A stretch of 64,000 nt of DNA from Rebecca billardiae RCC1528. Lineage: Eukaryota; Protista; Haptophyta. Positions 1 to 10,585 of this stretch are shown one piece after another (within the stretch, counting starts at the first letter, position 1; every line of letters starts with the position of its first letter). Under the pieces are notes generated by a model. That model searched no databases. It saw only the letters and a list, made by a program, of their open reading frames with translations, and was not told where the DNA came from. The stretch lies in contig OZ251228.1 of assembly GCA_965240325.2 (NCBI GenBank), forward strand, positions 1,426,001-1,490,000. The letters run 5' to 3'. A program made the position numbers and the translations under genes.

Positions 1-287
1 CGAAATGAATCATCGATGAGCATCATGTTTAATGCTCAGGGATTCTGACGATGTCGTCAACGCGTCATCAGCATAATAATGATGATCGATCACCATTCCA
101 GAGATGATTCCATTCTCGCCCCCCGGGCGGGGAACGACACATCCGCCTGTAGAAGAGCGTAGTCGCGACGCGCCGCTCGCTGCTGCTGCGTGAAATCTGC
201 CAGTCGATTCGTCAGTTGTAGTGGCAGTCGCAAAGGGTGAGATTCATCGTCATGTCACCGCGCGCAAGTGCGCTTCCAGTGCGCGTG

Positions 288-1442
288 CTAGCGCTCGACG
301 GCGTTGGGCAGCACGTGCCCGACCCACACATCCTGCAGCGCCGCCTCCTCGCCTACAAAGACACCCTCGTCCGACAGCTCGTACCCCAGCATCAGCAGCT
401 CCACGGCGCGCGCGCGCGCGAGGTGGGAGAAGAGGCGGTGCGTCTGTGGTGACCACGGGCGGCTTGCTGCCACGACCGCGCTTGCGGCTCCGTGCCACGG
501 GTCGTGCAGGAGCGCATCTGAGGCGAGTGACAAGGGCGTGGGCACGCCGGCGTAGAGATCGGCGCCCGCGCGGAGCTCCTCCACCGCCTCCGCCTCGCTG
601 AGCAGCTCGACGTGGTGCAGCCGCGTCGTCCAGAGCGCGGCGCGCGCCAGCCAGTCAGACACGGCGTTGGCGCCGCGCTCCTCCCGCAGCTGTGCGGCGA
701 GTGACCAGCGGCTGGTGGGGTGGCGGGGTGGGAGGCCGATCGAAGCGCCGCGCACGCACAGGAGCTGCACCACAGCCAGCTTCTCCTCCTCGTCCGTGTA
801 GTCATCCGACTGCACCGCAGCCTGAAGCGGAGACACCTTCCTGCGGAGGGGCCGGAGGGGCGTCGATGCGCCCACGTCTGCGCCAGCGGCGATCAGCAGC
901 TGTGCGCACACGGCCTGGCCGAGCAGGCACGCGGCGTGGAGTGCGGTGCACCCGTCGTGCAGGACGGCCTCGAGTCGCGCTCCCGCCTCGATCATCAGCT
1001 GCACACACGCCGCGTGGCCTCGGAAGCACGCCAAGTGAAGCGCGGTGATACCGAGCTGTGTCGCTGCGTCCACGTCCGCGCCCTCGGCAATCAGCAGCTG
1101 CACGCATGCGACGTGGCCCGTCTGGCACGCCAGCTGGAGCGCGGTGTATCCGCCGGGCGTGACGACATCCACGCCCGCACCCGCCGCGATGAGCGCCTCC
1201 GCGCACGCGGCGTGGCCGAGAAAACACGCGATGTGGAGCGCGGAGCGACCGTCATGCGCCTTGAAGTCGACGCCGACACCTGCGTCGACGAGGGGCTGGA
1301 CACACGCGGCTTGGCCCGCCTCAGCGGCGGAGCGGAGAGCGGCGCCGAGCGTGCCGGCCCCGTACGCCCCCACCTCGATCAGCTCCTTGGCGCGTTCAGC
1401 GTCTCCGTCTGCGCACGCGGCGGCAAGTTCGGCTCCGGCCAT
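288..1442 (-). CDS. Ankyrin-repeat protein (~6 ANK repeats) with a C-terminal 'W-T-x-LHH...PWS-x-x-TH-x-LF' domain
   Basis: Repeated G-x-TALH-x-AC-x-x-GH-x-x-CV-x-LLI-x-x-GA-x-VD motifs in a 384-aa ORF. Confidence 0.93.
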   Translation of the reverse strand: MAGAELAAACADGDAERAKELIEVGAYGAGTLGAALRSAAEAGQAACVQPLVDAGVGVDFKAHDGRSALHIACFLGHAACAEALIAAGAGVDVVTPGGYTALQLACQTGHVACVQLLIAEGADVDAATQLGITALHLACFRGHAACVQLMIEAGARLEAVLHDGCTALHAACLLGQAVCAQLLIAAGADVGASTPLRPLRRKVSPLQAAVQSDDYTDEEEKLAVVQLLCVRGASIGLPPRHPTSRWSLAAQLREERGANAVSDWLARAALWTTRLHHVELLSEAEAVEELRAGADLYAGVPTPLSLASDALLHDPWHGAASAVVAASRPWSPQTHRLFSHLARARAVELLMLGYELSDEGVFVGEEAALQDVWVGHVLPNAVER

Positions 1443-1621
1443 GGCCTCTCCAATCTGCCCGACTGCCGTTCACCCTTTTATTAGGGATGTGCATCCAATG
1501 CTAATAAAAAGCTTGGGAGCTTGGCCCAGCTGGCCAACCGTCACTCCGCGGAACACAGACGATGTCAAAACGTCGTCGTCGACGCTCGAGCAGCCGCTGG
1601 AAAATCGAAAATCGTCTGGCG

Positions 1622-2908
1622 ATGGCGGTGCATCTCGGTGAGGGCGCGAGGGCGTGCGTGGCGGCCGCCCTGCTGGCGGCTGCGGTCGGGGCGTACGGGC
1701 CCCAGTCGGACCCGAAGGACGCCACGCACAAGGGCTGGATGGGCACGATGCGCGACGTGAAGAAGTGGGACCCGCCGCCGCACGAGCTCGAGGCGTGGCG
1801 CGCACAGCATGGTCGGGTGAAGGCGGAGGAGGAGCGGCGCGCGCGCCTTCGGGCAGCGAACGAGGAGCGCGCGCGCGTGGCACCGCCCGGCGTGCGGCGA
1901 CGTCTGGGGGTGTGCATCACGGGCCAGGCGGAGCGCCTGGAGCTGCGCAGCAAGCTGCAGCGCCTCGTCCTGCCCAACCGTGATGCGTTCGACATCGACC
2001 TCGTCTTTGTACTCGGCCCGGTGGGCACCGCGCGGTACGTGAACCACCTGTCCAACGTGGGCGGGCGGCAGTCGTGGACCGAGCAGAGCCTGCAGCGCGC
2101 CATCGCCATGCTCGAGTTCGAGGGCCGCGTGCGCATCCAGCTGCGGCCGCAGGAGCCGGTGCCGATGCTGCACTACTCGTACGTGAACGACTCCGAGAAA
2201 TGGTCCAACGACCTCGGCAAGCGGATCCTGCGCTCGCGCTCGCACGTGCGGCAGTGGTGGTCGCTGTGGGAGTGCCACGGCCACTTCGTCCAGCTCGAGG
2301 CGGCCGCCGGTCGGCCGTACGACGTGCTGCTCAAGCTGCGCGACGACACGCTGCTGCTGCAGGACCTGCCGCTCGCCGCCGCCAACCGTACGCGGTACGG
2401 CGGCCACGTCGTCACGAAGAACTGCAACAACTGGAAGGGGCTGAACGACAAGGCGGCGGTGCTCGACGGCGCGCATGGCTACAGCTACTTCGCGCTGCCG
2501 CTGCTGGACTGGTTCATGGAGTACCAGAAGCTGCGCCGCTTCGCCAAGGGCGGCCGGCTGCCCAACCCCGAGCAGTACCTGGCGGCCCTGATGCGGATGC
2601 ACAACGTGCCCGTCAACGAGAGTCCCCCGGACTTGTTCCCGTTCCTCACCGGGCGGCTGATGGCCGGGCCGGACGGCGCGCCGAAGACGTGCGTGCAGAT
2701 CCACCCGCTCAAGCTGGGCAAGGGCGCCACGTGCACGCCCACGTCGTGCCGCACGCGCGTCGCGATCTACTGCAACCAGTGCCCCGGCGGCGGGCTCGGC
2801 AACGACAAGGCGAGCAAGCAGGTCTTGCTGGGGCGGCTGATGCATCGATGCAAGGAGATCTCGCAGCCGGGCTTCGCGTGCGGGCCGTCGCACTCGCTCT
2901 TCTTGTAG
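1622..2908 (+). CDS. Secreted or type-II membrane protein of unknown function, possibly glycosyltransferase-like
   Basis: Single ORF with strong GC3 bias. Hydrophobic N-terminus after ATG 1622 (CVAAALLAAAVG). Motifs LGVCITGQ, YDVLLKLRDD and GLNDK. Divergent from the ankyrin gene across ~180 bp. Confidence 0.65.
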   Translation: MAVHLGEGARACVAAALLAAAVGAYGPQSDPKDATHKGWMGTMRDVKKWDPPPHELEAWRAQHGRVKAEEERRARLRAANEERARVAPPGVRRRLGVCITGQAERLELRSKLQRLVLPNRDAFDIDLVFVLGPVGTARYVNHLSNVGGRQSWTEQSLQRAIAMLEFEGRVRIQLRPQEPVPMLHYSYVNDSEKWSNDLGKRILRSRSHVRQWWSLWECHGHFVQLEAAAGRPYDVLLKLRDDTLLLQDLPLAAANRTRYGGHVVTKNCNNWKGLNDKAAVLDGAHGYSYFALPLLDWFMEYQKLRRFAKGGRLPNPEQYLAALMRMHNVPVNESPPDLFPFLTGRLMAGPDGAPKTCVQIHPLKLGKGATCTPTSCRTRVAIYCNQCPGGGLGNDKASKQVLLGRLMHRCKEISQPGFACGPSHSLFL

Positions 2909-3157
2909 CGCGACTCCAGTGGCAGACTCTGAACTCAGCACGCGGTCAGCCAATGGTCATCACGGTGTGAGTATGTCATCATGATGCAGTGAGCACGGTC
3001 TACAGACTACAGAAGGCTTAGGTTCGCCATCGTGATCTTTGCATCTGACCGTTACAGCCGTTGCCCAAACCTTGCGGACCTGCGCGCGCTGTCGTCGTCG
3101 GTGGGCCCAAAAAGTTTCGAGTACCATAGGTTAGCAGATGGCGCGGCTGCCACCCCC

Positions 3158-6100
3158 ATGAGCCCCGACGACATGGAGCGTGCGGCGCGCGTCGAGCCGG
3201 CCGACCGCCGGTCCTCCGAGTCGAGCGATGGCTCGGCCAACGCGCAACAGCTCTCCGATGCGCAGGAGAAGGTGCACGCGATGGCACAGTCCGCGCAGCT
3301 CCCGCCGTACGAGCAGGTGCGCAGCCAGCGGATCAACGACCGCAACACCAACCAGAAGCAACCGCCCACGACGACGCCGCGCGCGCGGAGCGCGGCGGTG
3401 CGCTCGATCTCCGTCGCGATGGAATCCGAGCGACACGAGCGCCACCGCATCGCCGTCGGCGGCGACGTGCCGCAGGAGGGCCAGATGTGCAGCGTCGCCA
3501 TCTACGACCTGAGCGTGGACGAGACGGACGATCACGATCTCGTGCACGAGATCGCCGTCGACTTTGCCGTGCGCGCGTGCGCGCTCTCGCCAGACGGCAT
3601 GTGGCTCGTGGTGGGCGGCGAGCGGCGCAAGGCCCTCCTGTACGACCTCACCACGCTGGACGGACGCGCCGAGCAGGCGTCGCAGGCGCTCGAGTGTTGG
3701 GGCGACGACAAGGACAATGACGTGTGGGTCAACTCGGTCGCGTTCTCGATGGACGGGCGCTTCCTCGCGGTGGGCGGGGACGACGCGCACGTCGCCGTGC
3801 ACGAGTTCAACCCGCCGCTCACGAGCAAGGGGCCCGACCCGAACACGCCGCGCGCCGCGCGCGCCTCGGTCCGCTCGCCGCAGAAGCCGGCGCGGCGAGC
3901 GCAGCGCGCGCCGCGGTCCACCGGACGCCGCTACTCTGCTTCCGCGTCGGACGTGATCCGGCGCGCGCGCAGCTTGAGCGAGAGCGGGCTCGAGCCGGCG
4001 CCCAAGCAGCGGGGCAAGTCCGAGCTGCGCCTCGTCCTCGAGCGCGGCGGGCCGGTCAACTCGGTCGCCTTCTCCTTCCCGAAGAAGTCGGACCCTGGCT
4101 ACGTGCGGCTCGGCGCGGGCGGCGACGACGAGAGGCTGGCCGTGTATGAGCTGTCCGCCGTCCTCGAGCAGCTCGAGGCGGAGGAGGCGCTCGACGGGCG
4201 GACGCCGAAGCTCACGCCGCGCGGCTCGTGCCCGGGGGTCGAGCTCGACGGCAGCGTCGTCCGCGAGATCAAGGTCGGCTTCGAGATCAACTCGGTCGCT
4301 TTCTCGCCCGACCACACGCACGTTGCGGTCGGCGATGAGGACGACCGCTGCTCCATCTTCGACGCGCAGACGGGCGCGCTCGAGCTGGAGAGGGACCGGC
4401 AGGACTACGTGAAGGCGGTGGCGTTCTCGCCGCTGCACGGCGCGCGCATCGCCGTCGGCTCGGACGACCGCTCCGCCGTCGTGTACGACGCGTCCTCGGG
4501 CGAGGTCGAGCTGGAGAAGCGGCACGCGGCGCGCGTGAACGCGGTCGCGTGGACAGCGGACGCGTCTCGTCTGCTCGTGGGGACGGAAGACGGGCAGCTG
4601 ATGGTGTACGACGTGAAGACGCTCGGGCAGCCGGGGGACGAGTGGCTGCGGTACACGTGCGCGGTGGAGGTCGCCGGCCTCGCGCTCTCGCCCGACGGCT
4701 CCCGCCTCGCCGTCGGCGGCGACCACGAGGACGTGAGCGTGTACGATCTCTCAACCCTCGCGCGGCTCGCGAGCGAGGAAAGACGTGAGCGCCGCGCCGA
4801 GGAGGAGCGGCAGCCCGCCTCGGTGGACCCGCGGCGGAAGTCGCTGGGCGACGGGGTAGACCCGCGCCCGGCCAGCCGCGCGCGCGTGCTCCACGGCGAG
4901 GCCGCCGCCGAGCACGAGCCCGAGCTCGAGGTCGTCTCGGTCGTCTGGTCCGCGCCGGCCGGACTCATCTGCGCGGCGCTCGCTCCGGTTGCGGACGCGG
5001 CCGACAGCTCGTGGGTGCGGCTGTACGACGCGGCGGACGGCGCGGCGGGCGCCGAGCCGTCGGGCTCGAGTGCGCCGATAGCGGCCTTCAAGATCGACGG
5101 CCCCCGGGAGGGCGCGCCGCGGAGCACCTCGAGCAAGCAGGCGCCCACCGCCACGGTCGCCGTCTCGCGCGACGGCAAGCTACTTTTCGTTGGAGGTTAC
5201 GCGCACGCGCGCGTGCACTCGGTGCGCGCCGTGCACGCAGCGCTCAAGTGGCGAGGCGGCGGGAGCGGCGGCGGCGCGGCGGCGGGCGGCAAGCCGCGCG
5301 GCGCCGGCGCGCACGCCGACCTCGGCACCTCCGCCCTCCTCACCGAGCTCGGCCGCGGCGGCCCAGCCGTCGACGCGTCTGCCGTCGACGACACCTACAT
5401 CACGTGTGCGGCGTTTAGCCACGACGGCGCGTTGCTGGCGGTCGGCGGGTACGACCACCTGGTCGCGCTGTACGACGTGCGCGGGCTGCGCGTGGCGGCG
5501 GACGCTCCGCTGGCGTCCCCGGCCACCGGGCGGCTGCAGCCCGTCGCCGTGCTGCGGCGCAAGCTCGAGGTCTTCACGTTGGCCTTCTCTCTCCCCGCGC
5601 GCCCTCTCGACAGCGAGTTCCTCGCGGTCGGCGGCGCCGACTTCCGCGCGGCCGTGTACGTGCTCGAGCGCAGCGCCAGCCTCGGCGGCGGCGGGGGCGG
5701 CGGGGGCGCCGCCGCCGCGGACGCGCACCCCACCACCACCGCCCCCGCCGGTGGCGGCGGCCCCTCGGACGCGCCGGTGCAGCTGAGGCCCCTCGTGGAG
5801 CTGAAGCGAGGCCGCGACGTGTGCGCGGTCGCTTTCTCCGCGGCCGGTCTGCTGGCGGTGGGCGGCGACGACAAGAAGGTGGCGGTGTTCGACTCGTCGC
5901 CCGCGTTCGCGCTGCGCCACGAGCTCAAGCGCGCGCGCTGCGTCACCACCCTCGCCTTCACCGAGTCCGGGAGCCGGCTGGTGGTTGGCGATCTCAAGAA
6001 GGAGATACTGGTAGTTTCCGCGCACCGTCCGAGCTTCTCGCTGCTGCCGCGCACAGCGGACGCGCTCACGCCGCACGTGCGGGTGGCGGCGGCGCACGTG

Positions 6101-8377
6101 GACTTCGAGGGGCGCTCGCTCGCGGACGTGCTCATCCAGCACGGCCAGACCGAGCTCCTCCAGGACCTGATCACCACCACCGTGCGCGACGGCAAGCGCG
6201 CGCACCCATACGTCGATCTCGGCTCCTTCTCGTTGGCGATGGCACACAACGACGTGTTGGCTGCGGAGCTGCTCTTCGCCGCGGCGCTCGACCCGGAGGC
6301 GCCGAGCCGGGACAAGGCGCGGCACGCGGCGGCGCGCGCGATCCCCGCGCTCATCGCGCGCGGCCACGCGCGCGTCGTCTCGCGCGTCATCGCCAAGATG
6401 GCGTGGGAGTCGTCGATGGCTGCGTTCAGAGCGCGTGCGCACGGTGCGGGCTCGGCGCGCGCGCTGCTAGACTCAGCGCGCAGCCCGAAGCCGCTCGCGC
6501 GCGTGCTGGTCGAGGGCTCGCCCGAGTGGCGCGCGGGCGAGCACTGGTCCTCGCGCATCGTCGCGAGCGGCGACGCCGGCACGCTCAGCGTCGGCCAGCG
6601 CCTGCCGCTGCCGTGCGTCACGTGCGACGCAATGCTGCGCGCGCTCGTGCACGTGAACCGTTCGGCGCTCTGGAGTTCGGCGGCCATGTCAGCCGCGATC
6701 CATGTGGTCTGGGTGAGGTACATGCGCTGGCTGCACCTGGGGATGTGCTCGCTGCTGCTGGTGGAGGTGTCGCTCTTCGCCACCACGTGCGTCTTCACCG
6801 CGTGGCCCGCGACCGCCGCCTCGCCCGCCGCCATCATCCGGCTCAACTCTGCACTCGGCGGTTTCGCGCTTCTCTTTCTGTGCCTCGAGCTGCGGCAGAT
6901 CTCAGTCGCGTACGCACGGCTCAAGGACGAGCTGCGCGCCGCGGGGCGCACGGTGCTGCTGCCCGGCCTCGCCGAGGGCCGCGGTGGCAGCTGGCGCTGG
7001 GCCGCGGCGCTGCGCGTGCAGCTCCACGAGTGGGTCTCGGCGATCGACCCGGTGCGCGGCGGCGCGCGAGCGCGCCCACACGCGAGCGCGCCCATTCAGC
7101 GCGCCGCGCCGCGCGCGTGCCGACGCGCCGCGACGCGCCGCGCGCGCGCGCGCGCGCGCCCGCGGTGCCCTGCTCACGAGACGCCCTGCCGCGCGCTCCG
7201 CGCGCGCGCCCCGCGCCGCCCGCAGTGGGTCGTCGTCGACTGGATGAGCCAGCTCGTCGTCCTCGCGAGCGCAGCGGTCGAGATCGCGCTGCAGGGCGGC
7301 GTGCTCACCGACGGTCGGCCGCGCTCGGAGCAAGCGCCGCCGTGGCTCCTGCACATGCTCGCCGTCGCCTCGCTGCTGCTGCTCGTGCGCGTGCTCAAGG
7401 CGATGCGCGGGTTCGCGCGGCTCGCGCACTTCGTCGACGTGCTCCTCCAGTCGTTCGCCGACATGCTCCCGCTCCTCTTCATCTGCCTCACCCTCCTCTG
7501 CTTCTTTGCGCTCGCGCTCGCACTCCAGTTCCACCCGGTCGAAGTCGACTATGACGACCCGCTCTCGGACGACACCGCCGAGCTGCTCACGCAGCCCGAG
7601 TGGGCGCTGCTCGGCGTGTTCAACATGGGGATGCTCGGCGACTTCTCGGTGGGCCAGTTCGAGAACGCCGCCTCGCCCGCGCTCACCTCCGCCCTCTTCG
7701 TCGTGCAGATGGTCGTGCTGATGATCGTCGCTCTCAACGCGCTGATCGCTCTGCTCGGCGACACCTACGACCGCGTGACCGAGCAGCAGGTGGCCTCGCG
7801 CAACCGGCAGCGCGCGCGGCTGATCCTCGAGTACTACGACGTGCTGCCCGACTCGTGGCAGGAGCAGATCGAGATGAACACCATGTGGATCCACCGCCTC
7901 GTGCCCAAGTGGGCGACCGAGGAGGGCGACGACGACGGCGACGACTGGGGCGGCCGCGTCGCGGCGATCGCCGAGGCCGTGAACGGTGACGGCCGGCCGC
8001 GCAAGGAGCTCAAGCAGCTGGAGGCGAGGCTGGAGGCCAGCCTGGACACCAAGCTGGGCAGGGTCCAGCGCGAGCTCGCGGAGCGGCTCGACGGCGTGCA
8101 CGCCACCCTCGGCCGCGTCGAGGCCGCGGCCCGGCGCGCGCCCAAGCTGCCCACCCTGCGACCGCTGTCGATGGTCTCCAGCCCGACCGCCGCGACGGGT
8201 GGTGCGGCGCCCGCGGCGGGCGTGCGCGCGCAGCCGGCGTCGGATGCCGCCGCAGACGCGCCGACTCCCCGGGCGGAGGCGGACGATCTGGCTCGCCATT
8301 CATCACGACGTCGCGCCGACGCGCACCCGCACGCAGGCGACCCTGGCAGCGCGCTCGACTCGGAGCTTTCTGCTTAA
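3158..8377 (+). CDS. WD40 beta-propeller + TRP-like cation channel fusion; in-frame intron 7052..7225
   Basis: Many WD40 blades (VNSVAFSxDGxxLAVGGDD). Six-TM region: LELRQI (S2), DPWVVVDW (S3 after splicing), LLVRVLKAMRGF (S4), pore MLGDF, S6 LNALIALLGDTYDRV, TRP-helix-like RQRARLILEY, then a coiled coil. The 174-nt GT..AG intron is CG-rich. Confidence 0.88.
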   Translation: MSPDDMERAARVEPADRRSSESSDGSANAQQLSDAQEKVHAMAQSAQLPPYEQVRSQRINDRNTNQKQPPTTTPRARSAAVRSISVAMESERHERHRIAVGGDVPQEGQMCSVAIYDLSVDETDDHDLVHEIAVDFAVRACALSPDGMWLVVGGERRKALLYDLTTLDGRAEQASQALECWGDDKDNDVWVNSVAFSMDGRFLAVGGDDAHVAVHEFNPPLTSKGPDPNTPRAARASVRSPQKPARRAQRAPRSTGRRYSASASDVIRRARSLSESGLEPAPKQRGKSELRLVLERGGPVNSVAFSFPKKSDPGYVRLGAGGDDERLAVYELSAVLEQLEAEEALDGRTPKLTPRGSCPGVELDGSVVREIKVGFEINSVAFSPDHTHVAVGDEDDRCSIFDAQTGALELERDRQDYVKAVAFSPLHGARIAVGSDDRSAVVYDASSGEVELEKRHAARVNAVAWTADASRLLVGTEDGQLMVYDVKTLGQPGDEWLRYTCAVEVAGLALSPDGSRLAVGGDHEDVSVYDLSTLARLASEERRERRAEEERQPASVDPRRKSLGDGVDPRPASRARVLHGEAAAEHEPELEVVSVVWSAPAGLICAALAPVADAADSSWVRLYDAADGAAGAEPSGSSAPIAAFKIDGPREGAPRSTSSKQAPTATVAVSRDGKLLFVGGYAHARVHSVRAVHAALKWRGGGSGGGAAAGGKPRGAGAHADLGTSALLTELGRGGPAVDASAVDDTYITCAAFSHDGALLAVGGYDHLVALYDVRGLRVAADAPLASPATGRLQPVAVLRRKLEVFTLAFSLPARPLDSEFLAVGGADFRAAVYVLERSASLGGGGGGGGAAAADAHPTTTAPAGGGGPSDAPVQLRPLVELKRGRDVCAVAFSAAGLLAVGGDDKKVAVFDSSPAFALRHELKRARCVTTLAFTESGSRLVVGDLKKEILVVSAHRPSFSLLPRTADALTPHVRVAAAHVDFEGRSLADVLIQHGQTELLQDLITTTVRDGKRAHPYVDLGSFSLAMAHNDVLAAELLFAAALDPEAPSRDKARHAAARAIPALIARGHARVVSRVIAKMAWESSMAAFRARAHGAGSARALLDSARSPKPLARVLVEGSPEWRAGEHWSSRIVASGDAGTLSVGQRLPLPCVTCDAMLRALVHVNRSALWSSAAMSAAIHVVWVRYMRWLHLGMCSLLLVEVSLFATTCVFTAWPATAASPAAIIRLNSALGGFALLFLCLELRQISVAYARLKDELRAAGRTVLLPGLAEGRGGSWRWAAALRVQLHEWVSAIDPVRGGARARPHASAPIQRAAPRACRRAATRRARARARPRCPAHETPCRALRARAPRRPQWVVVDWMSQLVVLASAAVEIALQGGVLTDGRPRSEQAPPWLLHMLAVASLLLLVRVLKAMRGFARLAHFVDVLLQSFADMLPLLFICLTLLCFFALALALQFHPVEVDYDDPLSDDTAELLTQPEWALLGVFNMGMLGDFSVGQFENAASPALTSALFVVQMVVLMIVALNALIALLGDTYDRVTEQQVASRNRQRARLILEYYDVLPDSWQEQIEMNTMWIHRLVPKWATEEGDDDGDDWGGRVAAIAEAVNGDGRPRKELKQLEARLEASLDTKLGRVQRELAERLDGVHATLGRVEAAARRAPKLPTLRPLSMVSSPTAATGGAAPAAGVRAQPASDAAADAPTPRAEADDLARHSSRRRADAHPHAGDPGSALDSELSA

Positions 8378-8518
8378 TCTCAATTGCCGCCATATATCCT
8401 AAGCGCGCTTAGAATCGTGACGATCACGATGCGGATCCGATGCGAGTGATGACACTGCAGACTGCTGATCTGACAAGGCTGTTCGTCGTCCGCTACTGAC
8501 GATGCATCATGCGCTATA

Positions 8519-9877
8519 GGGTGGAATTCCCATTTTCTGGCGCACTTCTGCACTAGGGACGAGGCGGAAAAGCGGCATCATTTAATACGCGAATAAGGAA
8601 CAAAATAATAATTACAAAGAGAATAATAATATAAAGCGCACGCAGTGCGAAGAATTTTTTCCGGGTAATGTATCAGCGTAGTTATTATGCGAAGCACCAT
8701 TTGCTGCGAGGCGGCCTGCGCTTGCGCACGCGGCGTCCCGAGCACCCTCGGGCTCAGCTGCGGCTCGGCCTGCGCGCGCTCAGCAAGCTCGCGTGCGGCC
8801 TGCACCTCGCCCGCCGCCTCGACTCTCGAGCAAGAGGATCGACGTATGAGTGAGCGTGTGCCACCGAGCTGCTGTCCGGCCGCCACCCGCTACTGCAGCC
8901 GCTGGCCGCGGTGCCTGGCCTCGGCGCGGCCCCACAGGCTCAGCGTTGGGATCTCCTCCTCCTTCTGCGCTCCTCCTCCAGGCGTTTGAGCCGCCGCCGT
9001 CTTGGCCGCCTCGTCCTCGTCGATCAGCTGAACGGCGGGAGTGATGTCTCTGCTCAGCTGAGTGTGACGTGACAAGCGAAGCGACGAGCGACGGCAGCCC
9101 GGTGACCAAGCCGACGAGCTCATCGTACGAGCCGTCATGCGTGCGCTCGTGCCGAGTCTGAGCTGACTCGCGCTCGTACGCCGACCAGGCTTTGCTCGGA
9201 CTGAACGCGTCTGCTCAGGCGTCCTTGCGTGTGCGCTTGGAAGGCCGCGGGCCGTCATCTGGTCCGACCGCGCGCAGCTCGATCTCGGAAGCGTTGAGCT
9301 GCTCCGCGGTTGACTCACCCTCTGCCTCAGGCTCGACCACGGCAGCAGGCTCCGCAGCAGCCGCCAGGTAGCATCGGCAGGAGCCCCTGCGCCACGCGAC
9401 GCCGTCCGCACATCGGCCAGCTTGCCGCACACGCGCTGGACCACGGCCTCGCCACGCTTTGACGCGGATGTGGTGCCAGGTCGTCGTGCCAATCGTTTGG
9501 CTATCGACAACGGGCACGGGCACCTCGATCACGACAACGCCTGTCGCGTAGGCTGTGTAGCGATGTCCGTCCACGACTCCGTCGTGGGTGGACGGCGCAC
9601 GGCGGGCACGCCATCGCGGCCGTGGGCGCAAGTGTCTCGAATTGTTTTTTTAATTCACTAATTCGCCCAGCCGCTACATCGAACTCGACAACGGTTGCTT
9701 TTACACCCGCGGTCTTTTGACTGTGCAAATGGGGCGCCGCCCCATGCTCAAATCCGAAGAGAACGAAGATGTAAAAGTGTCTGGTCCCTAGATACTGTGC
9801 TGTCCGGGTCCCGGTCCGGTCAGATCTGAGCAGCCGGATTTTCCGCCCGGACAGGCCAGAAAATGGGATTTTCACCC
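8519..9877. mobile_element. Non-autonomous TIR DNA transposon (~1.36 kb), GGG...CCC termini, TA/TATA flanks
   Basis: Left GGGTGGAATTCCCATTTTCTGGC matches the reverse complement of right GCCAGAAAATGGGATTTTCACCC at 21/23 positions. TATA lies immediately outside both ends (8515-8518, 9878-9881). No transposase ORF. Confidence 0.8.
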
Positions 9878-10585
9878 TATATATTGCTGACGATGCTGCA
9901 GTCCCGGCGCCGCCGGCATTGATCATCCGCCCGATCCAGCCGCCTAAGTTACTGACCTAATAAGGCCGGAGTAAGCCCGTTACCGAGACGTAAGGCTCGT
10001 CCGCGCGACGCCGACCGGCGCAGCTGCGCCGCATGCCCGTGCTGACGACAGTCACAGTGCCGCGCCTTCGGCCTTTATCGATCTACATAGGAGACTCTGA
10101 CCAGGCTGAGACTGCTGAGACGATCAGATTCAGCAGCGCACGCTGTGACGAGTGATGAATCCTGTGCGGTAACGCTGGCGGCTAAACGACGCCGAACTTA
10201 TTGACTAAATATAGTAATAGTAGTGTTGAAGTCTGTCGTCGTAGTCGTCGTCGCTGAATAACGACTACTGTGTACGCCTGAACGCACGGCCAGGGGCACG
10301 CCGCACGGGCCTCCCCGCTGGCCGCTCCCGCCGTCCCGGGTCCGGCGTGAGTGAAATTGATCGGCATGCGATGGGCGCACGGCTAGCAGGCGGATGATGT
10401 ACTACACGCGCAGCACTACTACGTACAGCGTCGCATCATCATCATCACATCGTCGCGGCATATTAAAGCAGCCATGATCTGAAAAAAACCGCCTCCTCGC
10501 CATCAGCGAACCGCCGACCCGGCGGCGGCCGCCGGCCCACATCTGCCACCCGGGAACAGCCACTCCGGCGGCGCCGCGGCGCCTA

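Noticed and set aside
1565-7554. Long antisense and alternate-frame ORFs over genes (also at 11617-13188, 29993-31570, 44730-46202, 48143-49663, 60532-62367)
   Set aside because: Shadow ORFs expected from extreme GC3 bias. They are Arg/Ala/Pro-rich with no domains.
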